Shown here: piece after piece, positions 1 to 7,300 of the stretch | Layout: each line of letters begins with the position of its first letter | How positions within the stretch are numbered: position 1 is the stretch's first letter | NCBI GenBank assembly: GCA_013362725.1 | Contig: JABFVP010000059.1 | Span: 1 to 32,648, forward strand | Direction: 5' to 3' | DNA length: 32,648 nucleotides | Source: Cupriavidus sp. | Lineage (GTDB): Bacteria; Pseudomonadota; Gammaproteobacteria; Burkholderiales; Burkholderiaceae | Notes under the pieces: generated by a model | The model's input: only the letters and a program-made list of their open reading frames with translations | The model's database searches: none | Told to the model about the DNA's origin: nothing | Made by a program: the position numbers and the translations under genes

Positions 1-39
1 AGGGTTCCGCCGACGCCAGAACACTCCACGACCGCCGCC

Positions 40-1071
40 ATGTCTCAGGATCTGGACCAAATCGTCGCCGACGCCCAGGCCGCTTTCGCCGCCGCCCATG
101 ACAACGCCACGCTGGAAAACGAGAAGGCCCGCTTCCTCGGCAAGACCGGCGCGCTGACCGAATTGCTCAAGGGCCTCGGCAAGCTCGACCCGGAGACCCG
201 CAAGAGCGAGGGCGCGCGCATCAACCAGGTCAAGCAGCAGGTGGAAGCCGCGCTGCAGGCGCGCCGCCAGGCGCTGGCCGACGCGCTGATGAACGCGCGC
301 CTGGCCGCCGAGGCCATCGACGTCACGTTGCCGGGCCGCGCGGTGGCGCGCGGCAGCCTGCATCCGGTGATGCGCACCTGGGAGCGCGTCGAGCAGATCT
401 TCGGCTCCATCGGCTTCGACGTGGCCGACGGCCCCGAGATCGAAACCGACTGGATGAACTTCACCGCGTTGAACAACCCGGACAACCACCCGGCGCGTTC
501 GATGCAGGACACCTTCTACGTGGATGGCCGCGACAGCGAAGACAAGCTGCTGCTGCTGCGCACGCACACCAGCCCGATGCAGGTGCGCTACGCCAGGATG
601 CACGTGGAGAAGTACGCCGGCAAGGCGATGCCGCCGCTCAAGGTGATCTGCCCGGGCCGTACCTATCGCGTCGACAGCGACGCCACGCACTCGCCGATGT
701 TCAACCAGGTCGAAGGCCTGTGGATTGGCGAGGACGTCAGCTTTGCCGATCTGAAGGGCGTGTACACCGACTTCCTGCGCAAGTTCTTCGAGCGCGACGA
801 CATCCAGGTGCGCTTTCGCCCGTCGTACTTTCCGTTCACCGAGCCGTCGGCGGAGATCGACATGGCTTTCGGCAATGGGAAATGGCTGGAAATCTCCGGT
901 TCGGGCCAGGTGCATCCGAACGTGCTGCGCAACATGGGCCTCGATCCCGAGCGCTATATCGGTTTCGCGTTCGGCTCCGGCCTCGAGCGCCTGACCATGC
1001 TGCGCTATGGCATCAACGACCTGCGCCTGTTCTTCGAGGGCGACGTGCGCTTCCTGCGCCAGTTCGCCTGA
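40..1071 (+). CDS. pheS: Phenylalanine--tRNA ligase alpha subunit
   Basis: 343 aa with [40 protein letters not shown] and GFAFG.GLERL class II PheRS motifs. Confidence 0.99.
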   Translation: MSQDLDQIVADAQAAFAAAHDNATLENEKARFLGKTGALTELLKGLGKLDPETRKSEGARINQVKQQVEAALQARRQALADALMNARLAAEAIDVTLPGRAVARGSLHPVMRTWERVEQIFGSIGFDVADGPEIETDWMNFTALNNPDNHPARSMQDTFYVDGRDSEDKLLLLRTHTSPMQVRYARMHVEKYAGKAMPPLKVICPGRTYRVDSDATHSPMFNQVEGLWIGEDVSFADLKGVYTDFLRKFFERDDIQVRFRPSYFPFTEPSAEIDMAFGNGKWLEISGSGQVHPNVLRNMGLDPERYIGFAFGSGLERLTMLRYGINDLRLFFEGDVRFLRQFA

Positions 1072-1130
1072 ACGGCGCAACGTCAAATTCGTCACCGACT
1101 ACACAGAATACTTACCGGATCAGAAGCGCC

Positions 1131-3578
1131 ATGCAATTCTCGGAATCCTGGCTTCGCACCTTCGCCAACCCTGAAAAGATCTCCACCGACGCGCTGTCGC
1201 ACAGCCTGACCATGGCCGGCCTGGAAGTGGAAGAGGTGGGCCCGGTCGCGCCGCCGTTCGACAAGGTGGTGGTCGCGCACGTGCTGTCGACCGAGCGCCA
1301 TCCCAACGCCGACCGCCTCAATGTGTGCCAGGTCGATGCCGGCACCGGCGAGACCCTGCAGATCGTCTGCGGTGCACCCAACGTCAAGCCCGGCATCAAG
1401 GTGCCGTGCGCGCTGGTCGGCGCGGTGCTGCCGCCGGCAGAGGACGGCGGCAAGCCGTTCGAGATCAAGGTCGGCAAGCTGCGCGGCGTCGACAGCTACG
1501 GCATGCTGTGCTCGGCGCGCGAACTGAAGCTGTCGGAAGACCACGGCGGCCTGATGGTGCTGCCGGAAGACGCGACGGTCGGCCAGAGCATCCGCCAGTA
1601 CCTGGACCTCGACGACCAGGTTTTCGTCATCAAGCTGACGCCGAACAAGGCCGACTGCCTGTCGATCCACGGCGTCGCGCGCGAAGTGTCCGCGCTGACC
1701 GGTGCCGCGCTGAGCCTGCCCGACATGAAGCCGGTGCCGGTGACGATCCAGGACAAGCTGCCGGTCAAGGTATCGGCGCCCGACCTGTGCGGCCGCTTCT
1801 CCGGCCGCATTATTCGCGGCGTCAACGCGCGTGCCGCCACGCCGCTGTGGATGGTGCAGCGTCTGGAGCGCTCGGGCCAGCGCAGCGTGTCGGCGCTGGT
1901 CGATATCTCCAACTACGTGATGCTGGAGCTGGGCCGTCCGTCGCACGTGTTCGACCTGCACAAGATCCATGGCGGCCTGGACGTGCGCTGGGGCCGCAAG
2001 GGCGAGCAGCTCAAGCTGCTGAACGGCAATACCATCGAGGTCGACGAGCAGGTCGGCGTGATTGCCGACGACAAGGAAATCGAGAGCCTGGCCGGCATCA
2101 TGGGCGGCGACAGCACCGCGGTCACGCTGGACACCACCGACATCTATCTTGAAGCCGCGTTCTGGTGGCCGGCCGCGATCCAGGGCCGCAGCCGCCGCTA
2201 CAACTTCTCGACCGACGCCGGACACCGTTTCGAGCGCGGCGTGGACTATGCCACCACGGTCGAGCATATCGAGCGCATCACCGCGCTGATCCTCGACATC
2301 TGCGGCGGCCAGGCCGGCCCGGTCGACGACCACGTGGTCAACCTGCCGGTGCGCAAGCCGGTCAGCCTGCGCGTGGCGCGCGCCGAGCGCGTGCTCGGCA
2401 TCGAGCTGTCGCCGGCGGCCATCGCCGACGTGTTCCAGCGCCTGCAGCTGCCGTTCACGCGTGCACAGGGCGCCGAGGGCGAAGTGTTCGAAGTCACGCC
2501 GCCGAGCTACCGCTTCGACATCGAGATCGAGGAAGACCTGATCGAGGAGGTCGCGCGCATCTACGGTTTCGAGCGCATCCCGGCGCGCCCGCCGGTCGCC
2601 GAAAGCGAAATGCGCCCGACCAACGAAGCCAGCCGCTCGACCCACGTGGTGCGCCATGCCGTGGCCGCGCGCGACTACCAGGAAGTGATCAACTTCGCCT
2701 TCGTCGAAGAGAAGTGGGAGCGCGACTTCGCCGCCAACGACAAGCCGATCCGCCTGCTCAACCCGATCGCCAGTCAGCTGGCGGTGATGCGCTCGACGCT
2801 GATCGGCGGGTTGGTCGACAAGGTGCGCTACAACCTCAACCGCAAGGCCGCGCGCGTGCGCCTGTTCGAGGTGGGCCGCGTGTTCCATCGCGACACCGAG
2901 GTCAGCGACGGCGGGCTCACCGTGGCCGGCTATGACCAGCCGATGATGGCCGCGGGCATCGCCTACGGCCCGGCGTTCGAAGAGCAGTGGGGCGTTGCCA
3001 CGCGCAATGTCGATTTCTTCGATATCAAGGGCGATGTCGAGGCGCTGTTCCATCCGCGCGTGCCGCGCTTCGAGCCGGTCTCGCACCCGGCGCTGCATCC
3101 GGGCCGCGCCGCGCGCGTGCTGCTCGACGGCAAGCCGGTGGGCGTGGTCGGCGAACTGCATCCACGCTGGCTGCAGGAATATGAGCTGGCGCATGCGCCG
3201 GTGCTGTTCGAACTGCAGCTCGACGCGCTGCGCGGCACCGGCCTGCCGGCGTACACCGAGATCTCCAAGTTCCCCGCCGCCGTGCGTGACCTGGCCGTAG
3301 TCGTGAAGCAATCGGTACGCGTGCAGGACCTGCTCGACAGCATGCGCGCGGCCCTGGAAAAACAGGGTTACGGCCGCTTCTGCCAGGGCCTGGTGCTGTT
3401 CGACGAGTTCCGTCCCAAGGGCGCTTCCACGGCCATCGGCGCGGACGAGAAAAGCCTTGCGTTCCGGGTGACCTTGCAAGATACTGGGTCGACCCTACAG
3501 GACGAAACCGTCGACAGCGCGGTGCGCTGCATGGTCGACGCGCTGGCCGAAGCCTTCCAGGCGCGGCTCCGCGGCTGA
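1131..3578 (+). CDS. pheT: Phenylalanine--tRNA ligase beta subunit
   Basis: Start reassigned to ATG 1131 (MQFSESWLR, typical PheT N-terminus). HPNADRL, IVCGAPN, RFERGVD and [12 protein letters not shown] motifs plus C-terminal FDX-ACB domain; 815 aa. Confidence 0.99.
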   Translation: MQFSESWLRTFANPEKISTDALSHSLTMAGLEVEEVGPVAPPFDKVVVAHVLSTERHPNADRLNVCQVDAGTGETLQIVCGAPNVKPGIKVPCALVGAVLPPAEDGGKPFEIKVGKLRGVDSYGMLCSARELKLSEDHGGLMVLPEDATVGQSIRQYLDLDDQVFVIKLTPNKADCLSIHGVAREVSALTGAALSLPDMKPVPVTIQDKLPVKVSAPDLCGRFSGRIIRGVNARAATPLWMVQRLERSGQRSVSALVDISNYVMLELGRPSHVFDLHKIHGGLDVRWGRKGEQLKLLNGNTIEVDEQVGVIADDKEIESLAGIMGGDSTAVTLDTTDIYLEAAFWWPAAIQGRSRRYNFSTDAGHRFERGVDYATTVEHIERITALILDICGGQAGPVDDHVVNLPVRKPVSLRVARAERVLGIELSPAAIADVFQRLQLPFTRAQGAEGEVFEVTPPSYRFDIEIEEDLIEEVARIYGFERIPARPPVAESEMRPTNEASRSTHVVRHAVAARDYQEVINFAFVEEKWERDFAANDKPIRLLNPIASQLAVMRSTLIGGLVDKVRYNLNRKAARVRLFEVGRVFHRDTEVSDGGLTVAGYDQPMMAAGIAYGPAFEEQWGVATRNVDFFDIKGDVEALFHPRVPRFEPVSHPALHPGRAARVLLDGKPVGVVGELHPRWLQEYELAHAPVLFELQLDALRGTGLPAYTEISKFPAAVRDLAVVVKQSVRVQDLLDSMRAALEKQGYGRFCQGLVLFDEFRPKGASTAIGADEKSLAFRVTLQDTGSTLQDETVDSAVRCMVDALAEAFQARLRG

Positions 3579-3667
3579 TCCGTCGCCACCGACCGACGGA
3601 GCACGATAAAAAAGGGCGCCCGGGCTTGCCCCGGGCGGATCGCCAGACAGACACTCGAGCGATCGAC

Positions 3668-4078
3668 ATGAATGATCGAGACGCGAATTCCATGACCGCT
3701 GCAGCACTGGGTGAGATGAGCGACCGGCAGGCATCCTCCCTTGACGATGCAATGCCGGACGCCCGCGCGACCGAAGTTCCCACGCTGACCAAGGCCGAGC
3801 TTGCCGAGATGCTGTTCGATCAGGTGGGCCTGAACAAGCGTGAATCGAAGGACATGGTCGAGGCCTTCTTCGATGTCATTCGCGAAGCGCTGGAGCAGGG
3901 CGACAGCGTCAAGCTTTCCGGCTTCGGCAACTTCCAGTTGCGCGACAAGCCGCAGCGGCCCGGCCGCAATCCCAAGACCGGCGAAGTCATCCCCATCACC
4001 GCGCGCCGCGTGGTGACGTTCCACGCCAGCCAGAAGCTCAAGGGCCTGGTCGAAGAACGCGCCGGCATCGCCGGCTGA
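3668..4078 (+). CDS. ihfA: Integration host factor subunit alpha
   Basis: LTKAELAE...[44 protein letters not shown], directly after pheT. Start uncertain (several in-frame ATGs). Confidence 0.97.
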   Translation: MNDRDANSMTAAALGEMSDRQASSLDDAMPDARATEVPTLTKAELAEMLFDQVGLNKRESKDMVEAFFDVIREALEQGDSVKLSGFGNFQLRDKPQRPGRNPKTGEVIPITARRVVTFHASQKLKGLVEERAGIAG

Positions 4079-4194
4079 CCCGTCACCCGAACGGCGGATT
4101 GCTTCCCGAGGCCGGCATCGGTATTCTTCTGGGCGCGCGCGTGACGCGCGCCAACCTCCTGGCCGGCATGGCCTGACGCTCGTCTACACACTGC

Positions 4195-4620
4195 ATGTCG
4201 GACAAACCCAGCGACCGCATCGCGTTGCCGCCGATCCCGGCCAAGCGCTACTTCACCATCGGTGAGGTGAGCGAGCTTTGCGCCGTCAAGCCGCACGTGC
4301 TGCGCTACTGGGAACAGGAGTTCACGCAGCTCAAGCCGGTCAAGCGCCGCGGCAATCGCCGCTACTACCAGCATCATGAAGTCCTGCTGATCCGCCGCAT
4401 CCGCGAGCTGCTCTACGAGCAGGGCTTCACCATCAACGGCGCGCGCAATCGCCTCGACGAAGGCCGTCATCACAGCGCGGCCACGGCAACGCAGCCATCG
4501 ATGGAAGCCGGTGTGGAAAGAGCGCCGGCATTGTCGGTGGACATCGCCGGCCTGCGCAATGCGCTGGTCGACGTGCAGCACCTGCTCGCGCAGCTGCGCG
4601 AGATTGCAAAGCGCGGATAA
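4195..4620 (+). CDS. MerR-family transcriptional regulator (ihfA-associated type)
   Basis: KRYFTIGEVSELC.VKPHVLRYWEQEF.QLKPVKRRGNRRYY MerR HTH; usual ihfA-merR-tRNA-Pro synteny. Confidence 0.95.
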   Translation: MSDKPSDRIALPPIPAKRYFTIGEVSELCAVKPHVLRYWEQEFTQLKPVKRRGNRRYYQHHEVLLIRRIRELLYEQGFTINGARNRLDEGRHHSAATATQPSMEAGVERAPALSVDIAGLRNALVDVQHLLAQLREIAKRG

Positions 4621-4636
4621 TTTCCAGGTCAGGAGC

Positions 4637-4666
4637 TAGTCATACGAGAAATGCTTCTGTTATAAT
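4637..4666 (+). promoter_or_regulatory. sigma70 promoter of tRNA-Pro
   Basis: Extended -10 TGtTATAAT (4658-4666) ending 9 nt before the tRNA; weak -35 TAGTCA (4637-4642), 18-nt spacer. Confidence 0.7.
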
Positions 4667-4675
4667 CTTTTGCTT

Positions 4676-4752
<77 letters not shown>

Positions 4753-4755
4753 GAC

Positions 4756-4793
4756 AAAAAACCCGCTTGGTAAATCGCCAAGCGGGTTTTTTT
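4756..4793 (+). terminator. Rho-independent terminator (potentially bidirectional)
   Basis: A6-CCCGCTTGG-taaatcg-CCAAGCGGG-T7. Confidence 0.92.
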
Positions 4794-4940
4794 ACTTCCG
4801 TGTCCCGGTGGCAAAACGCGTGCGACTTCGCGTCTGCAACCAGCGTGGTCAGCGCGTGAGAGCAGCCATGGCCGTTTTTCGATTCAGCCCGTTGCACCTA
4901 TAGTGGTGGCACATTGGACTTCATCGCGACGGAGGCTGTC

Positions 4941-5081
4941 ATGAGCGAAAAGGGCAACGGGATCGTCGGCACCACATGCATCGCCTTGGCAGTAGCCGGC
5001 CTGGCGCTGACCGCGTCGCTGGTGCTTGCTTATTACGCGACGCGCGCGCGCGTGGAAGGACAGCGCGCCAGCGGCGGCTGA
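4941..5081 (+). CDS. Small (46 aa) single-pass membrane protein, absent from the ORF track
   Basis: GGAGG SD at 4931-4935; MSEKGNGIVGTTCIALAVAGLALTASLVLAYYATRARVEGQRASGG*; ~20-aa hydrophobic stretch followed by basic residues. Confidence 0.65.
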   Translation: MSEKGNGIVGTTCIALAVAGLALTASLVLAYYATRARVEGQRASGG

Positions 5082-5096
5082 CGCGCTGCGGACGGT

Positions 5097-5321
5097 TCAG
5101 CCTTTGATATCCCGAGGATCGTTGCCAAAGCTGTTGCGCATCCGGATGCGGCCGTCACGGCCGTGGACGAGCAGTTCTGCCTGGAGTTGCCGGGCTTTCT
5201 CGGTGCCCGCGGCGATCGCGTCTTCTTGCGTCGCGTAAAGTTGGCGCCCGCCGGCGCCGTCTTCGGATTCAATGGCCCAGCCGTTGTCGAGCGGTACGAC
5301 GTGGATGTTCTTGGCCGGCAT
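5097..5321 (-). CDS. DUF2188-family small protein
   Basis: 74 aa HVVP..NGWAI...TQEDAIAAG.EKARQ..AELLVHGRDGRIR.RNSFGNDP fits the DUF2188 pattern; SD GGAGGTG upstream of ATG 5321. Confidence 0.85.
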   Translation of the reverse strand: MPAKNIHVVPLDNGWAIESEDGAGGRQLYATQEDAIAAGTEKARQLQAELLVHGRDGRIRMRNSFGNDPRDIKG

Positions 5322-5584
5322 GGCGCACCTCCGTGGTGGAAGATGCCCTAGTCTCCACGCTGCTTCCCGCGCCCGGTATCGGTGACCGTCTGACAGCGCC
5401 GGTGTCTTTTGCGGCGCAGCCGCCGGTAGCGCATGGGCCATGTGACCTCTCGGGCCGGAAGCCAGAAAAGGCGCGGGGGATACCGGGGTGCTTCACAGTG
5501 CGTGGATCAGCTGGCGGGCGGTGGGGCTCAGGTCTGGCATGGGGGCATGGCGCGCGGCGCATTGGCGGAATCGGCAGGCGTAGC

Positions 5585-5845
5585 TTAAAGCATGGCGAAA
5601 CGCGCAAGCGCAGGGCCGACCAGCGCCGGGCGGCTTACCGGATAGCGGTGGCGCATGCCTTGCGCCTCGAACGACAGGAAGTCCGGGGTCCAGCGCAGCG
5701 ACTGCAGCTGGCGCGGCTCGATGCCGTCGACCAGGATGGCGCCGGCGTTCACGCAGACGCTGCCGCAGCGCAGGCGCACGGATTCGGTGTCGTCACCGAA
5801 ATAATGGGCTTCGAGCAGGATGGAATCGGACTGGTACAAGGGCAT
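5585..5845 (-). CDS. Hypothetical 86-aa protein, probably LexA/SOS-regulated
   Basis: MPLYQSDSILLEAHYFGDD...; SD AGGA, sigma70 promoter and SOS box immediately upstream. Confidence 0.75.
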   Translation of the reverse strand: MPLYQSDSILLEAHYFGDDTESVRLRCGSVCVNAGAILVDGIEPRQLQSLRWTPDFLSFEAQGMRHRYPVSRPALVGPALARFAML

Positions 5846-5858
5846 GGCAGTGTCCTGA

Positions 5859-5878
5859 TACTGTATGGATGTACAGTA
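5859..5878. promoter_or_regulatory. LexA (SOS) box
   Basis: TACTGTATGGATGTACAGTA = taCTGT-N8-ACAGta, the beta/gamma-proteobacterial LexA consensus; overlaps the minus-strand -10. Confidence 0.88.
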
Positions 5879-5903
5879 TAGCCGCGGCATGCGGTTCGGT
5901 CAT
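5875..5903 (-). promoter_or_regulatory. sigma70 promoter of the 86-aa gene
   Basis: Minus strand ATGACC-N17-TATACT. Confidence 0.7.
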
Positions 5904-6029
5904 CCTCCTGATTCTCAATTTCGGGCGATGGGGCGGCAGTGCGGTGGCGCTGCCTGGTATAACCTGAAACCGGTGACAGTCTTCACGACACTGTCTTGCC
6001 GCGACCGCCGGGTCGCTACAGGAGATGCC

Positions 6030-6416
6030 ATGGCTGGGAGCGGAAGCAAAGCCTGCTGGTTCGGCCTGGGCGTGCTGCTTGGCGCGGCGGCTGGCGGCGC
6101 GTTGGGGCGGTCGGCACGCGCGGGCCCCGGCCAGCGCGAACCGCGTCGGTCCGATGCCCCGTTGCTGCCTGCCGACGTTACCTCGGACCAGGTGCTGACC
6201 GATGCCGCCACCGATGTGCTCGAGTACCGTGGCTTCGTCATCCACGTGTTCTGCCATGCGCTCGGCATGGGGCGCTTCAGAGCGCTGTGCGATATCTGGG
6301 AAGCGGGTGCCGTGGTGCTTGAAGGCGGGGCACCGCCGACCACCCATGCCACGCCCGATGAGGCGCGGGCCGCGGCGATTGCGTGGGCGCAGCAATGGGT
6401 GCAGCGCAATGGTTGA
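6030..6416 (+). CDS. Hypothetical protein with N-terminal Gly-rich membrane anchor
   Basis: SD AGGAGA before ATG 6030; WFGLGVLLGAAAGGALG hydrophobic segment; small C-terminal domain YRGFVIHV...HATPDEARAAAIAWAQQWV; extended -10 TGgTATAAC at 5955-5963. Confidence 0.75.
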   Translation: MAGSGSKACWFGLGVLLGAAAGGALGRSARAGPGQREPRRSDAPLLPADVTSDQVLTDAATDVLEYRGFVIHVFCHALGMGRFRALCDIWEAGAVVLEGGAPPTTHATPDEARAAAIAWAQQWVQRNG

Positions 6417-6436
6417 AGCACGGGGCCATGCTGGCC

Positions 6437-6463
6437 GGCGCAATTGGCGTAATTGGCGCAATC
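6437..6463. repeat. Three imperfect 9-bp tandem repeats
   Basis: GGCGCAATT GGCGTAATT GGCGCAATC, intergenic. Confidence 0.7.
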
Positions 6464-6549
6464 GGCTGCAAATCGACCCGCTGGGGTGCGACAGGGCTGA
6501 TAATCGCGTCCGTGCCGCCAGTCGGTCGGCACGATCCTCAGGAGAATTC

Positions 6550-6834
6550 ATGTTTGTTTGTGGGAACCAGGCTTGCGGCGCCAGCTGGGAGCCGGACGAG
6601 GTGCAAATCCGCGATGAAGGGCAGGGCCTGATGTTCCGCTGTCCGCAGTGTGGCGCGCGCAACCATGTCGTGGCGCGCACGGCCAAGGATGGCAGCACAA
6701 GCTATCGCCAGGTACCCGCCAGCACCGCGCAACAGGCACCGGCGAAGCGGTCCGATGCAGCGCAGTCAAAGGCGCCTGGCAAGGTACCGCGGAAGACAAC
6801 GGCCCACGGGCGCGCCAAGCCCGCATCGCGCTGA
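6550..6834 (+). CDS. Small zinc-ribbon protein with basic low-complexity tail
   Basis: SD AGGAGA then ATG 6550; CGNQAC...FRCPQCG Cys pairs; Lys/Arg/Ala-rich C-terminus; 94 aa. Confidence 0.8.
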   Translation: MFVCGNQACGASWEPDEVQIRDEGQGLMFRCPQCGARNHVVARTAKDGSTSYRQVPASTAQQAPAKRSDAAQSKAPGKVPRKTTAHGRAKPASR

Positions 6835-6931
6835 CCGGCAGCGGCGACAGGCCATGTTACCCCACCTGTGTGGGGTCAAATTCACATCGTTGGCGGCTTA
6901 AGCTAGTTTAGGCAGGACCGTTAAACACAAT

Positions 6932-7279
6932 ATGGACTTTGCCGACCTTCCCAACGACCCCGCTTCCAATGCCGAGCGCATGGGCTGGGCCAACGCTTCG
7001 CCCGAAGTTATCGCGAAGGTGTTGAACTCGGCGCTGGCGGCGCAGGACCTGTCCGGGTTTGCCGCGCTGTTGTCGGACATCGCGCGCGACCGCGGCCTGA
7101 AGGGCGAGCGCTCGGCGCACCAGTCGATCTACGACATGCCGTACGCCAGCCTGTTGCCGCGGCAGAAGCACCTGCTGTCCGATGCCTTCGAGCTGCTGAT
7201 CCTGCTCGGCCTCGAGCTGCGTGCGCGCAGCGCCGATACTGATGCGGATTTCGGCGCGGACCCTGACACCGACGAGTAA
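6932..7279 (+). CDS. Hypothetical protein resembling HI1420-type addiction-module antidote / HTH protein
   Basis: SPEVIAKVLNSALAAQD...LLSDIARDRG...SIY...LLILLGLELRA parallels the HI1420-family pattern (by eye); acidic tail. Confidence 0.6.
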   Translation: MDFADLPNDPASNAERMGWANASPEVIAKVLNSALAAQDLSGFAALLSDIARDRGLKGERSAHQSIYDMPYASLLPRQKHLLSDAFELLILLGLELRARSADTDADFGADPDTDE

Positions 7280-7300
7280 GCCCGCAGGCATCCGGGGCGG

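Noticed and set aside
720-1130. 137-aa N-terminal extension on the PheT ORF (952 aa in the track)
   Set aside because: Overlaps pheS in another frame and is Arg/Pro-rich; the canonical PheT N-terminus starts at ATG 1131
1092-3479. 795-aa antisense ORF over pheT, and similar ones at 13270-14952, 15497-16522, 20320-22317, 23591-25696, 25693-26709, 28328-30982 and 30676-32634
   Set aside because: Shadow frames that mirror real genes; strong GC3 bias removes antisense stops, and there are no recognisable motifs
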